64,000 nt of DNA from Eledone cirrhosa (GCA_964016885.1 OZ024743.1:314712001-314776000); one strand, 5' to 3'; counted from the stretch's first letter, positions 42,022 through 60,935 are shown. The notes: a model not told the origin generated them from the sequence alone. Made by a program: numbers and translations.

Positions 42022-42022
<1 letters not shown>
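41830..42022. mobile_element. Short fold-back of family N with a right tail
   Basis: tattgttatactttgggagggtcatgttgccaataagaaacacac mirrored about tttattataataaa; tail gtttcaacacacg...tcagaaacg. Confidence 0.88.
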
Positions 42023-42844
<822 letters not shown>

Positions 42845-42845
<1 letters not shown>

Positions 42846-43022
42846 ATCCAAAATTAAATTAAGGGTGTCATGTCCGAGTCATGTGCCATATCTACTGTAG
42901 AATATGCTCAAAGATTCCATATATAATATGCTCGGATTTATTCATTGGAATCTTTAAGCATATTCTACAGTGGATATGACGCATGTCTCGGACATGACAT
43001 CCTAAATTTAATTTTGGATATA
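42845..43022. repeat. Imperfect palindrome with arms of about 76 bp
   Basis: tatccaaaattaaatt...aaagattcca and tggaatcttt...aatttaattttggata, separated by a ~23-nt spacer. Confidence 0.85.
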
Positions 43023-43548
43023 TATACGTCCCCTTTGTTGACCTGTCACTGTAAGATATACTTGTTTGATTACTACTAACTCATAAAATTGTCTCACTAC
43101 AATTCGGTCCCACCTAGTAAACCTTTTTATAGTTTAGCAGTACCAGTGAGAGACTTGATGATTGTGGTAAGGGAATAGTAACCAGAAATTTTTTTTTTTA
43201 TATTTTTAATATTCTTCGTATTCTTCTATATATTTACTCCATATTGATTTACTTATTGTTTTGACTTCCTCCCCCTCCCCCTCTCTAGTATACTTGCTCG
43301 ACCTCCTGCCCTTAGGATCCTGCTGTAGTTGGCACTATCAACGCACGACTGGGTTTCCTCCACTTCCTCCACATCCATCTTTTAATGGCAGGTTCAGCTA
43401 CCCCTTCATTCCACAAATTTTCATGATAGAATTATGTGTCTCAACAACAAACTTTTGACCAATCCTTGTGACAATCACATTTACCATATATGGAATTACC
43501 CCCTGAGAATCTCGGCTATTCATATTCCAGGATAAACATTTTCATTTA

Positions 43549-43685
43549 GTTCAGAACTAGCGGTCGAAACGGATTGAGCTCAGCCGTCGGGGTCCCACTC
43601 GTTCCCATTTACCCACTCTACTACCCTAAGTATTGGGCACTTTGGTGCGTTATGGTCCATCTGGTTCCTTACCACATTTCTTTCG

Positions 43686-43688
<3 letters not shown>
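43549..43688 (+). mobile_element. Family K terminus with tail
   Basis: gtcgaaacggattgagctcagccgtcggggtccc...ttaccacatttctttcgttata matches 51945-52078. Confidence 0.85.
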
Positions 43689-43751
<63 letters not shown>

Positions 43752-43756
<5 letters not shown>

Positions 43757-44076
43757 GATAAATCTACCAAGAGTTTACGGTAGTGTCCAATCCGTATGAA
43801 GAACTCAATGTATTCCGGATATCATGGAAAGAAGAGATGTAATGAAAAATCACTTTCGGTGAAAGATAAACGTATTTCTGAAGACGGCGTATATGTGTGT
43901 TTGGTATGTATATTTAATCTTGATAGTTTGTATAATTTTGTATAATTTTGTACATAGATCTGTTGAATATGCATGCCAATTCTAACACATATATATCCTA
44001 GAAACGATCGTTAAATAATGAACTTTTTTTGTTTAATATAAGGAACTGTTTCATTGTTTTATTCATTATTTGTTTA

Positions 44077-44085
<9 letters not shown>
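43752..44085 (+). mobile_element. Family F element with HHR at 43873-44017
   Basis: tattt CTGAAGA cggcgtatatgtgt [about 90 nt] acacatatatatccta GAAA cgatcg TT aaata; palindromic stem III ACGATCGT; (TA)n flanks. Confidence 0.82.
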
Positions 44086-44109
<24 letters not shown>

Positions 44110-44883
44110 GGTTTGATGACGAGAAAGCCAGTTGTTATATAACTGGAGGTAATTAAAGAAGTCTTTACTTTTCAGAAAATGCATTTCATGGGAATATCTT
44201 GAGAATATATCTTTCCTTTTCTTATATTGATCTGAAAGCAATTTATTAGAAGGACATATTTCATTCTCTTAAATATTCTCTGTCGTTTATCTTCATTTAT
44301 TTATATAAAAACAATTCTATTATGTTTAAAAGTTGCCCTCAAGTGGATGTAAAATATTATAACTTTAAGCAAAATAACCTTTAATTTTTTTAGTTGTTGA
44401 TCTTTGTCACTTTATGAGATAAAATATCAACTATTATTAAAGAAATTCATACATATTAATTCATACATATTTTACGCTGTAAACTGAAAATCAATTTTGG
44501 CAGCTTTATGTTGAGAAGTGTAATAGGAAAGCAGTACTTTAGATATATAGAAATATAGAGCAACTATGATATATACAAACATAGTGAAAATAAGAATACG
44601 GAAGTAGCGAAATATATAAAACAATAAAAGGTAATGAAGTTATGAGTTATGTACGTGTGAAAAGGTCTGAAAAGCAAATGTCCTGCTGATATTTATTGTC
44701 TTTTCTTAAATGTTAAATATATATATATATTTAACATTTCATAATAGACAATAAATATCAGCAGGACATATATATGGGGTGAGTGGTATGTATATATTTA
44801 TTTCATTAACGCTAAAATATGAGTTTCCTTACTCTGCTGTTTCGACTCTTTATCGCACGGTCACCGAACAAGAAAATACGGTT

Positions 44884-45146
<263 letters not shown>

Positions 45147-45159
45147 GTATATATTTGTA

Positions 45160-45652
45160 TTCCAATGTTACTAAGTAGTTGCATTGGATGGAGTCAACCG
45201 ACGTCAGAGATTGCTCAACGTATAATAAAGTGTGTTTTAAAATCCGGAGAAAATATGGAGAAGAAGTTTATGAAATGGAAATGCGGGTATACAGAATTTA
45301 TTAGGTAACAATTGTTTCTATAGTGTATGGGTTACCTATACCTCGCTATTTGAATAATATAAAAATATTATCATAAACCGAAGGTACACTGTAAGCAAAC
45401 ACACCATGTCGTCAGACCTTTGTATTGGAATGATATGAAAATATTTTATACACTCGTGTGTATAAAATATTTTCATATCATTCCAATACAAAGGTCTGAC
45501 GACATGGTGTGTTTGCTTACAGTGTACCTTCGGTTTATGATAATATTTTTATATTATTCAAATAGCGAGGTATAGGTAACCCATACACTATAGAAACAAT
45601 TGTTACCTAATAAATTCTGTATACCCGCATTTCCATTTCATAAACTTCTTCT
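45160..45652. mobile_element. Perfect fold-back element, family J, with a left tail and HHR at 45492-45608 (+)
   Basis: 195-bp arms 45259-45453 and 45458-45652. HHR reads aggt CTGACGA c atggtgtgt [about 70 nt] atacactat a GAAA caattg TT acct. Confidence 0.9.
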
Positions 45653-45691
45653 ACACATGTATATATATATATAAGTATATGTATATTTATA

Positions 45692-45816
<125 letters not shown>

Positions 45817-45823
45817 GTATTTA

Positions 45824-45922
<99 letters not shown>

Positions 45923-45941
45923 ATATATGTATTTATATTTA

Positions 45942-46021
<80 letters not shown>

Positions 46022-46099
46022 AATATAATTTTACCGAGATTCGAATTTCGGCAGTGGTCGAAAACAAAGCGAAACGCAAAGAGTTATCATACTCTGCTC

Positions 46100-46155
<56 letters not shown>

Positions 46156-46249
46156 CACATATATAAATACACATATATACATACATATATATACATACAT
46201 GTATAGGTATATACATATACATATAAATATATATATATATGTGTGTGTG

Positions 46250-46285
<36 letters not shown>

Positions 46286-48639
46286 TTATATATATATATA
46301 TATACACATGCGAGTGTGTTTACAATAAAATGTATATCTTTGTCCATGTATAGGCACATACATATATGTGTGTAGTGTAGAAAGGGATACATAGACATTT
46401 ACGTGCAACTGGCAGAATATTCCTCATACATGTGTGCCAATAATCTATTTCTCGTGGAGATTCAGCTTGAAATAGTGTCTTATAAAACTTGGCTTTTGTA
46501 TTACGGCTACCTCACTTGCTTATCTGTTGAGAGTCCCGTAATTGTATCATACAGGTTATTTAATTGTTTATACCGTTAGAACTAGAAAGTAATTCAGACT
46601 GAATCTCAGGCACAAAGGAAGCAAAATAAAATCATCTCAATGTTGTTGTTTCGGTGAAAAGTAGATTCGGAAAATATATTCCACATCTTAATCATACGAT
46701 ACCATTTTGGAAACAGCAATGATAATTATATATTACTTACTTTACTAATTATCGCCTATACAACGGTTTCCAGTCATAACGACAAATTAAACTAATTACT
46801 ATAGATGAAATATTCGAGATAATTATCAAATAAAAGATAATTGCTTTTATCAGTAAGTATGTCGGTTTATTAAAATAAAATAAAAACTACCTATTGCAAG
46901 TTCAGCAGAAAATATCAGGTAATTGGCGTTGATTCCATAAAACGACCCGACAAATCGAATAGCATTCTTTATTTGTGCAAACACATTCACCCTCCAATAA
47001 ATTACTGAGACATATCTTCAAAAATCGGCACTTCATAACTAAAAAGCAAATTTAATAATTGGTGGTTGTTCAAAATGCAATCAATATTAGTAACATCTTG
47101 GTCACATTTTTGTTGAATCTATGCAAACCATTTAATGAAAGGAACGTTATATAAAGTGAAAAAAAAAGGATAGATCAACGGGTCATAATTTTAAACTGAA
47201 ATGGAAATTGACAGGAAAATGCGAAAATTGTATGTATACATGTTTAATATTTCTACAAGAATTTTAACTTTTCTGAATGCAATAATTAACACGTACTGTT
47301 TGTAGTTGTGTGAAAATGACTTTCCCGGGTTGAACTCGCTAATATTCCTTGGTGCTCCTCATAGTGGTAGAATAAGAGAAATACTAGATGAGTGTGACTT
47401 CACGTTAATCTAGACATATTGAAAGATGAACTTGATGCAGCCATCTCCACAAACAAATTTGAATTAATGCGCGAACGAGAGTCAGTTGAATATTTCCGTG
47501 GTGTTTTGAACTGCTAACATGTTCAAACACCAACAAAGATCATTGTTTCAATATACGATCCAGAATCTGTTCAATGCATCATCGTTATATGTATCTATTT
47601 TTCCTTCAATTAATGCGTGAACGTGTGCCAGTGAAATTTTACGTTCAAGGTTTTGTAAGAGACCATGAGAAAGTATCGTCACCCATAGCCGTATGATTGA
47701 GGAAATTTGTGTTGACGAGGAAAGTTTGTGGATTATGTATGTATGATATTGATTTACGCGCGTGTGTCTGTGTTTTTCACTCTATTATGTTTATATTTAC
47801 ATGCGTTTAATGTGCTCAATATCGGTTCAACAGAATGATATTTATAGGATAAATGCACGGCTTGGAAATCAAATAGGTACTGGAGTCTATATGATGGATT
47901 GAATAATATCAATGTGCTGCTTCTCACGAGCGCACTATGAAAACAATATAAAAGAATATAATATATTAATTTATTGTGCCACTTTAGCATGTACAATGTA
48001 TCAGGTTGATGCTCCATATGTTGATCTGTTTATAAAACGAGACATTAACCCTAGATCTAACCACGGCTGAGGTCGCTTTGGGCAGGTCGGGTCATTATAT
48101 GTCGTAGACTACGGGAACTCTGACTGTATGCTAAGGAAACACTACTCATCATTCTACGATTGGTTCTAATTGATGCGTGATATTGGTTTTGTCAATATTA
48201 AAACTCACTTAATGCATCCGTTCTGTTAGAAGGCTATCAATTGTAAAACAAAAACAAAACAAAAATCAAGAGTAAATATCATTTAATGCAGCATCATTAG
48301 TAATTAAGATATTTCACAATTTTCAGTTGGTTTTCAACTGAATATTTCCAGTTCTTTACATAAATGAAAATAAAACAATCTCTTTAATCGAAAATCGTAC
48401 AAACCACCTAAAGCAAGTATTTTCTCTCCAACCTCATTAAAGTAAAATGAAAAATACAAATTACGATGTAGATCAATATTTCAATAGCAATATTACAATT
48501 GACGTAAACGAGCTTGAAAAGCAAAGTGTAAGATGTTATTCTTAATATTTAGCTTCGCATCTCTATAATGGGAGTTGGAATTTGGCCGAAAATGGCATCT
48601 TAGCTCCGGGTTATTAAAATACATAACACGCGTGTCAGT

Positions 48640-48925
48640 GTAAAAATAGGTAGATGAATGGAATCATAATTAGAAAGGTATAATGACACCATCTTGAAAG
48701 CGATTCTGAATTGTAGAGAGTGTACCTAAAGTCCGGGGGTAGTGTGCGCTTAATGCATCGGGTTCATGGGAATCTTACAAAGCGCATCGAAATTTGCATT
48801 AAAAATGTTGGAAATCATATTGAAGATGTTATTTATAATATTTCAATCAAATTTTATGTTGTTGAAACATTTTTTATTGAAACTATGCATTTTATCTGCG
48901 TGACCAAACTTTAGGGACACCCGAT
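48640..48925 (+). mobile_element. Tc1/mariner-superfamily internally deleted remnant
   Basis: HRVHGNLTKRIEICIKNVGNHIEDVI resembles the R+..CI...G.H+E C-terminus of Tc-type transposases; it ends in the TIR-like ctttagggacacccga. No matching left TIR found. Confidence 0.5.
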
Positions 48926-49957
48926 GTTGAAACAATAGTATTATTGGTAGTTGAACATGTTAGCAGCGGATGACGGGAAAGGATCAGCTGACGTATCAGC
49001 TGGTGTGTGACGTATCTACAAACCCTGTGGAAAATTGTCAACTGACACTCGTTTCCGCGTTTGTGAAGATGGTTGCAATCTGTTTGTGAAGATGGTTGCA
49101 TCACGCTCATCCTTCAATATGACTGGATTACTGCAATGCCACACTCAAATAGACTTTATCTTATTCTAACACTAAGAGGAGCTCTTCGGAATATTAGTGA
49201 ATAATTCAGCCCGATATTACTAAATATATTTTAAAATATCAGTCAATTTCCATTTTAGAATAGCATTTTTAAATTCATTGTATAGCTTCTCTCATTTTAC
49301 TTGAAGTTCCGCTCACCAATTATCCTGCTATGTTTGTTTACACTAAATTGGATCTCCAAATTTGGAAAGAGATAAATTATATTGATTTACTATATCCAAA
49401 GTGTTTGAATTATTGTCATAAGAGGATGTATAAAATCCTGCAAATTATCATTATTAGTAGTAGTACTAGTATTTTCGGTTCAAATCACTACGAGGTTATC
49501 TTTGCCTTTCGATGAAATATAGTACAGGTAAAATACTGGGATCAATTTAAGCAAATTTCCCTTTAAGATTGTTGGCCTTGTGCTTTAATCAGAAACCATT
49601 ATTAGTAACAGTTGTTTGTATATAAATATATATACATATATATATGACAATCGCCACCGACTAATGCGAGAGAGTTCTCCCGGAAAGTTAACCAGGAATA
49701 TTTAAATATCTTCCCACTGCAGTTAACAAAGAATGTAATAGGACGGCCAAATCATAATATAATAAAATAAAATAAAATTAAATCAAATTGTTTACAACTA
49801 TAAGCAAAGTCATTATTTTCTTTATATATATATTGACAATTAGAATTGCTGCTATTATAGAATTCCAGTAATAATCAGGAACTGATTATACAGAGCGGTT
49901 GCCGGTCAACCAGAAATTGAAAATTAGAATGTGTGCTCTGAAATAGCGATATATATT

Positions 49958-50261
49958 TGAATGTATATATAGTGTATTTTGCAATACACTGTATGCTTAA
50001 TTAATAGCATTTCGAAGACCTTACGCTATTGTTTTAGAGTAGTGACAGTCTCACTTACTTTAATTTTCAGCAAACAGGCAGAATAGTTAGCTTTGATAAG
50101 CACCAAAAAGTGCGAAACAGAGCTATGTCAGCTTTATCTCTCCTGTTTGCTGAAAATTAAAGTAAGTGAGACTGTCACTACTCTAAAACCATAGCGTAAG
50201 GTCTTCGAAATGCTTTTAATTAAGCATACAGTGTATTGCAAAATACACTATATATACATTC

Positions 50262-50262
<1 letters not shown>
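49958..50262. mobile_element. Fold-back element with a compact HHR in the central loop (50089-50133, +)
   Basis: Arms 49958-50078 and 50142-50262. The loop reads agct TTGATAA gcac-caaaaa-gtgc GAAA ca-gagcta-tg TC agct (core decayed from CTGATGA). Confidence 0.82.
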
Positions 50263-50352
<90 letters not shown>

Positions 50353-50781
50353 ATGTGGGTATGTAATTGTATTAATAATTTTGGCTTGAGGGTGATAGAT
50401 TGTCAGAGTCGCTAAACCACCGGGCATATGTATATTTCCGGCTATTTACCTGTTGTGGAGGTCAATTTTTACTTTAATAGCAACTTTAAACCATCAGTAG
50501 AATACACTACCAATGTATATCTTGTGTATATTGAGTCTCCTCTTTATTTCTTTTTTTAGTGATTATTATTTTTAAAACAAAATTATGTAAATAGCCGTAC
50601 TTGTAAAGCGCTGGATTGAAAATGTCCCAATATTGAATTTTTACTACTTTCAGGCTTTTTTCTTGTATGCAATATTTAAACCGTGTTGTATATTTACTTT
50701 TACATCACTCTACCAGGTTTCATAAATTGCGACATGTATGTGTGTATCGTAACAGGGGTTTCATTATGTGTGCGTATATGC

Positions 50782-50880
<99 letters not shown>

Positions 50881-50930
50881 TGTGTGTGTGTGTGCGTACG
50901 TATATGTATATATATATATATATATATAAA

Positions 50931-51000
<70 letters not shown>

Positions 51001-51245
51001 CCATTATTCGGTGTCAGCTTCAGTGCAATATCTGGCAACCTACCAACCGGAAGCCAATCAATTCTAACCAAACACCAAGCTCTAACAATACGGTACAATG
51101 TGCAACATATATGAAACGAAGTAAACAACTTTGACATGAAACAGCTATTAATCTGAGCCAATGTTGGTGTCGTTTCACCATACTCGAATGTAACCGACAT
51201 CTAGCCACGTGTTCAGATCTAATTCAAATTCGAGTTTCAAACTCA

Positions 51246-51305
<60 letters not shown>

Positions 51306-51307
<2 letters not shown>

Positions 51308-51510
51308 CGAAGTAAGTGTGGTAAGGAACCAGATGCACTATAACACACCAGATTACTCGATTACTTGGGGTAGTAGTGTGGTTAATAGGAACAGAGTCTG
51401 GCCTCCGACAGCTGAGCACTGGCCATTTCGTTTCGACAGCTAGATCTGAACTCAGATCTCGCTGTCGAAACGGCCGGAGCTCCGCCATTGGGGTCCTGAA
51501 TTTTTCCCTA
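51306..51510. mobile_element. Family K fold-back with diverged arms
   Basis: Centre tttcgacagctagatctgaactcagatctcgctgtcgaaa; the tail is homologous to 51998-52078 in reverse orientation. Confidence 0.75.
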
Positions 51511-51544
51511 TATATATATCTTTGTGTGCATGTATATACATATA

Positions 51545-51657
<113 letters not shown>

Positions 51658-51817
51658 TAGAAACTGAGGTTTTTTTTACAAAATGAAAAATAACCGAGGT
51701 GTCCTACACGAGTGAAAGTATAAAGAAAAAGAGATGAAATCGAAAATGCAATTAGAGTCTTATTTTTTAAAATAAGACTCTAGTTGCATTTTCGATTTCA
51801 TCTTCTTTTCTTTATGT
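51658..51817. mobile_element. Short fold-back element with a left tail
   Basis: Arms about 51720-51766 and 51769-51815, tail 51658-51718, (TA)n flanks. Confidence 0.8.
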
Positions 51818-51882
51818 ATATATATATATCCGTGTGTGCATGTATATATATATATATACTTATATATATATATATATATATA

Positions 51883-52075
51883 TAGGAACCAGTAAGACCC
51901 CGACAGTTGAGCTCAAGCCGTTTCGACGGCTAATTAATGTCCAGAATTAGCCGTCGAAACGGCTTGAGCTCAGCTGTCGGGGTCTTACTGGTTCCTATTA
52001 CCCACTCTACTACCTCAAGTATTGAGTACTTTGGTGCGTTATGGTCCACCTGGTTCCTTACCACATTTCCTTCGT

Positions 52076-52078
<3 letters not shown>
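51883..52078. mobile_element. Family K fold-back with a right tail
   Basis: Arms 51883-51935 and 51945-51997, tail 51998-52078. Confidence 0.9.
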
Positions 52079-52121
<43 letters not shown>

Positions 52122-52204
52122 GATATATATAGTGTATATATATATATAAGTATATATATATTGTATATATATATATACATACGTATATATAGTATATATA
52201 TATA

Positions 52205-53916
<1,712 letters not shown>

Positions 53917-55268
53917 GATGCAAATACAACTTGATGGATACATTAATGACATTGTAAATGAGGGATGTTTTGTCTGCCATAGAGATGTATTTGGTTTTGC
54001 CATGCAGACAGCCATACGCTGCTCCAGAACTTACCAGGGGTTATGTAGACATAGTACTAATAGGTCCCCTGACATATTCTGTGAGTAGACTACATTAGCA
54101 GGGAAGTTTGATATAAAGATGTGGATCTTTGTATGGATTATCCAGTTGTATTACTCTATGATAGGGTGTAGTAGACTGTGTTTAAAATTGGAAGCTGGAT
54201 ATAAATATATAACCGTCTATAGAAGGGACTCAATTGAGATACCTTATAATGTATGTTAGAACAATAATTTAATAATGAAAATCAGCTAGTTACCTCCCCT
54301 TACGCATTAACCCCGCTTAATTACACACATACTTCCAGATAATAAATCGATGTCAATTCTCGCAACAGAAACAACCTACCCTATAAAATTGGATAAAAGA
54401 ACACTGAGCCGCATTAAGCTAAAATAATTTAATTTAATGCATCAAACATGCAATACGGAATCATCGTTAATTATGTGATGGATGTATAAACTATATATTA
54501 CATTTACTGAATGTGAAAATGGTGGTGGATACGAAAACCATAACTCTCTTTTGCTTCTCCTTTCTATTTCTATTTTTCTGCGCACATACTTTTTTATCAT
54601 ATACAAAAACTACCTTACCACTGCAACCTCCATAATACTCTTGCTTACCCACATAAAGTGCTTGCATTACATGTAACACCCTGCCACACAATAATCATAT
54701 ATAAATGAGACACACATAAATAGCGCATACAACAACTACTACATCTGACTAACAAACTATCCTCTTGCATTATCTATGTTAACTGACGAATGTACTTTAG
54801 TTTTGTTTTAATTTTAATTTTGTTGTAAATTCGATATTGATATTGACTTTGAATTTGAATTGCTATACGGAAATAATATAATATAATATATGTCACTCCA
54901 CTGTACATTAATATATACATATGTATCTGTATGTCTCTTGCGTTGGAAAGGAGGTGAATCATGTGTACAAAGATTGAAAAATGCTCCGAAGACCCCAAGC
55001 CTAGGTTTGGATGAAACAATTGTAAGTTAATAAATGCTTTGAACATAGCTTTGATTCTTGTGAATTCTATATAATTGCTCTGTAGAACAACTGATGTTAT
55101 TACATTGAGCTATTTATCTTACTGGTAATAAGGTAGTAATCAATTACTGACCTTCACTGTTTAGAGTTGAAAATATATATAACTATAAAAAGTTTTAGTA
55201 TATACATACCCATAAATAGTATCCTTAATATTACATATATATAGTATATATATATATACATATATATA

Positions 55269-55324
<56 letters not shown>

Positions 55325-55397
55325 CATATATATATACATATATATAGTATATATATATATATATATATACATATATATTTACACACATATGTATATA

Positions 55398-55457
<60 letters not shown>

Positions 55458-55484
55458 TATAGTATATATATATACATATAATTA

Positions 55485-55559
<75 letters not shown>

Positions 55560-56534
55560 AAGCAGGATCGAAGTCAATGCTACACCATATATATAAACTT
55601 TATTGGCATATTACAATATTTTCAATATCTATCAGCTGAGGGTACAATCATAATGAACGGGCCCCGACCCTACCTCGGCACCTCGTCTGATATGCGAATT
55701 TATATGGGCAAAAATACATTCAACATAAGTCAGGTGCATACTTAACCATAATATAATCCCCAAACCGAAGCAGCAGGACACTATAATGTGACTGGTTTTC
55801 CCACTCAATTTCTACAATGTATTACGACGGGTTTTCCACTGTCTCCATCTATTAAATTTCACTAATAATACGCTGTTGATAAAAAGATATATACAGCTTT
55901 AATATCCAACTAGAAATTTAGTACCATAAACACAAAAGAATTATATGTAATCTGTAGTATGTATCTTAAATTTAGAACTAGGAAATATAGCTACAATCAC
56001 GCAGACTGACTTCAGTTTCTCTTTACCCATTTTCATTCACACTACTATAAAACGATAAAAAAATTAAAAGAAAACAAAACAAATACAAAATAATTATATC
56101 AACTTTGTAAGATATTACCGTAAATACATAAACGTATGGCATCATTATCTCATGTCATAAAACTGAAGGATACATTATAATAATATACATCATTAAACAA
56201 ATATGATATAGCTAAAAACATATTGTTCAAAGTACGTATAAATGATCATTCACCATGTAGTGTTGCGAAATTTCCCAACAATAAATCAACTAAATCGTTT
56301 GAAGTATCAAACGGAAGAAAGACTATATAGTAGGTTCCTCTACTAAACTAAAACTGATGGATTTTATGTGAAGAGATTAAAAGGTTCACATGGTTAATAA
56401 ACATCACTAAACAATCCCATATTTCTCTTATCGCAAACATACTGCAGTAAAATATATTGTCGGAGATGGAAAAATACTTCTTATTTTTCTAATTTTTTTT
56501 AATGTTATATGAAAACAATCTATTGTCAGGTTGG

Positions 56535-56860
56535 CAATTCAGTTATGTGGTTAGAGCGTTAGATTTACAATCGTGAGGTTGTCAGTTCGAATCCCTGAAA
56601 GCGGGTTGCTGTATCCTGGAGCAAGTCACTTTATTTTACGTTGCTCCAGTTTACACAGCTGTAGAAAGCAGTTGTGACGTTACATATGCCAAGCTGTATC
56701 GCTATTTGCCTTACCCTTGGACAACAACTGTGGCGTGGAGAGAGGCGGCTGGTATACATGGTCTTCCACAAAATCAGCTAACCAATATTTGTGCCTTCGA
56801 GGGAACCTTCAAGGTGCGAAACCCATGATCATTCGTGACCGAAGAGAGTCTTTACCTTAA
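56535..56860 (+). mobile_element. tRNA-headed SINE family B
   Basis: gtggttagagcgttagatttacaatcgtgaggttgtcagttcgaatccc head; body homologous to 34213-34550. Confidence 0.88.
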
Positions 56861-56869
56861 ATATTTAGT

Positions 56870-56980
56870 GACTGTACAGTACTATACCAGTGTAGATAGA
56901 ATCTGTGAAGTACTATACCAGTGTACACTTTGTCTGTACATTACTATACCAGCAAACTTCTCGTCTGTAGGGTACTAATG
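56870..56980. repeat. Minisatellite of about 31 bp, 3-4 degenerate copies
   Basis: Repeated ctgt..a.tactataccag core. Confidence 0.7.
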
Positions 56981-57129
56981 TATAGTTATGTTCTATATTT
57001 CCATGAGAGATGGGTGAGAGTGGATTGATGAAATTGTTAGTGCTATTGATATTTAAGTTCTCAAATCAGTTTGCCTATATTCCATACAAATTTCCCCCTC
57101 TCTCTCTCTTCCCCTTGTTTCCCTCTCTC

Positions 57130-57164
<35 letters not shown>

Positions 57165-58223
57165 GTATATGTATATATATATAAATGTAATGTGTGTGTG
57201 TACCTTTCTTCCAGCTTACAGCAAAACACTATGATAATGGCAAAAAGGAATCGCAAATTAATAATCTAACCGTTTCAAACATACCCGAAAGTCTTCTTAC
57301 GAGGATTTGGTAGAAAAATAATTTTAAAAAAAGACCGGAATGAATTCTATATGTCCTCACTCGTTTTTTCTGGAAATAGCTCCAAATCTACTTCAAACAA
57401 CACCTGATCGTCTTAAGAAAGGAAATCTTTAAGCACACAAAATCGCGAGATATGTGCTTGATTAAAAAAGATCTTATTTTAAACAACAACAAAAACCACA
57501 AATATAGCATGTATTTCCGGGATACATAAATAAATGACATTATTCTAATATTTCCTTTCGTCCATAGATACAACTAAACCTATCTATCCTAATTTTAATA
57601 ATTCTCAATAAACTGCAGCATGTATCGGACATCGAACTAAAGCGGAGTCTTATCGATTAAGAAATTGTATTGAATTATAGAAAGCAACTACAAAGTATTT
57701 AAGAAACTTGTGGAAAAGATTAGGAGCTGTGTAATTCAATATTGAGATTTTATTTAAATATACAATGTTACTGAAAAGACAAAAAATAGTAGGTGAGGTC
57801 AATACTGACCAAAGTTTATCAACGTTATTCTGTCGTGCATTTTCTCCTGTAACGTTTATTGGAATACACACAGTAATTTATTTTCTCTGATCAAATCAAT
57901 TTGTTATGTAAATACCTCTCACTTGGTGAGATCTAATCAGATCGAAATCTGTCCTTTATTTCCACTAATTTCATACAAAGAAAGGGTTACTCTCATTCCA
58001 CTTTATTAATATGCAAACTAATATTATCTTTTTCGTGTATATGAGCGTTTTCATACACCCTACTTGCTATTATGTACCCACTCTCTCTCTCTCTTTCTCA
58101 TATGTTTCAATGAATTTGAACTCCCCAAATGTCTTTTTTGGACTTGAGATTTCGAGGAAATTCTCAGTTAATGGCAGTTTTCTTACAAGCCAACATATTT
58201 AGAATGCGCGACTGTACTTGCGA

Positions 58224-58228
<5 letters not shown>

Positions 58229-58318
<90 letters not shown>

Positions 58319-58412
58319 CGAGAGTGTGTGTGTGTGTGTGTGTGTTGCGAGTGTGCGAGTGTGTGTGCGAGTGTGTGTGTGTGAGAGTGCATGTGTGTGT
58401 GTATGTGTGTGT
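58229..58412. repeat. (TG)n microsatellite
   Basis: Direct reading. Confidence 0.97.
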
Positions 58413-58733
58413 ACGTATATATATATATCGTCACGGGTGCAAGAGTATTTAAACTAAAGACAGTTTTTATGACAATAAATAAAATTCTTCAGAGCTGACA
58501 TCAAAGCCATAAGATGTTTTGAAATCAGTGAAGCGTGAAGTTGAAGCTATCTAAATGTTGATATCTTACCAACCATCTTGGCTTGTTCAATATCAGTGAA
58601 ATAATTGGACAAAATTATTGAAGCAGACAGCCAATTACGGCAAAACATCTAAATCTATCTTCCATTACTTGCGTCACGTAACATCTCTCTCTCTGCCTTT
58701 CTTTTACTCGCACCCTCTTCTTTCTCTCCCTCA

Positions 58734-59167
<434 letters not shown>

Positions 59168-59290
59168 GCGAAGGAGGTGTGGAAAGGAACCTGATGGACC
59201 ATAAAGCACCAGAGTACTCAATACTTAGGGTAGTAGAGTTATTAACCCGGACGGCAGAGCTCTGCCGTCGGGGTTAAACATTTTTCTATA
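59168..59290. mobile_element. Family K tail plus a short hairpin
   Basis: Antisense tail followed by ttaacccggacggcagagctctgccgtcggggttaa. Confidence 0.75.
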
Positions 59291-59799
59291 TATATATATA
59301 TATATACGTTACTGTTGCTCAATTTGTTAGTCAATCTCATTTCATGTAATATTCTTTTTATGCTTGTGACAGTCACTTATTTTTCTCGTAATATATGCAA
59401 TGTATATATATTTGATGTGCACACATGTGTGCTCTAGTGTGTGAATGTATGTATGTGTATATGTGTTCGTGTGTGCGTAATTGTGTATGTGACTTATCTT
59501 TGACTTCCTAATTGTTCTAGTAAATATCGTTTTTTCTCTTTAAATTGCTTTTCTTGCTTTCTAGGTTCTCGTTTTCTCTCTTTTTTAATTCCTCACACTA
59601 GTCATCACATACTCTTTCTCTCCCTCTCTCCCTCTCTCTCTCTCTTTCTCTCGCTCTCTCTCTCTCTCCCTTTTTGTGTGACTGTCTCTGTCACCTCTCT
59701 CTCTATTGTTCACCACTCTTTGAACCATAGACTAATAGCAAGTTCATAAATAAGAAGTTATATGGTTATTATAGTATTTTATATGTATAGACACACACA

Positions 59800-60403
<604 letters not shown>

Positions 60404-60408
60404 GTATG

Positions 60409-60477
<69 letters not shown>

Positions 60478-60481
<4 letters not shown>

Positions 60482-60935
60482 TAAAGTGGTCCTTCACCAG
60501 TAATCTTTCAACCATCACATGTATTTCTTAGATTTAAAGACCATATATCACCGGTTGGTGCGAGCAACGGCTAAAAAAAGTCGTTGGGACACGTAAATAA
60601 AGGGAACAGCGAGAGTGGAAACAAACAAAGATGGTGAAACAACGAAAAGTGAGGAAGAACGAGTCAAGTCCCAAATTTCCATGAATATAAGTTCGGTGAA
60701 ATCGTGAACGAGAGAGAATAAAGACCATCAAACCTGGTTGAAATGTGAGCAAGGAAGGAATTCCGTACAGGTCTAACGGGAGGAAGAAGGGATCTAGTCT
60801 GTAATTTCGGTGAACATAAGTTCTGTGAAATCGTAGATGAGAGAGAGAAAAAAGGCGAACCAGCCTGACCAAGGGTGCGAAAGAAAAGAATTACGCACAG
60901 GTCAAACGGGAAGTAGTAGGAGGAGGAGAGGTAGT
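60478..60935 (-). mobile_element. Dispersed repeat family P with an internal diverged 130-bp duplication
   Basis: Homology to 52710-53030; 60673-60790 recurs, diverged, at 60803-60925. Confidence 0.8.

Noticed and set aside
55655-55715. GC-rich patch with gcgaat suggesting an HDV-like ribozyme
   Set aside because: I could not build the P1-P2-P3 nested pseudoknot on either strand.
56870-56980. Repeat-spacer-like tactataccag array resembling CRISPR
   Set aside because: The repeats are too short, the spacers are related to each other, there are no cas genes and the context is eukaryotic; it is a degenerate minisatellite.
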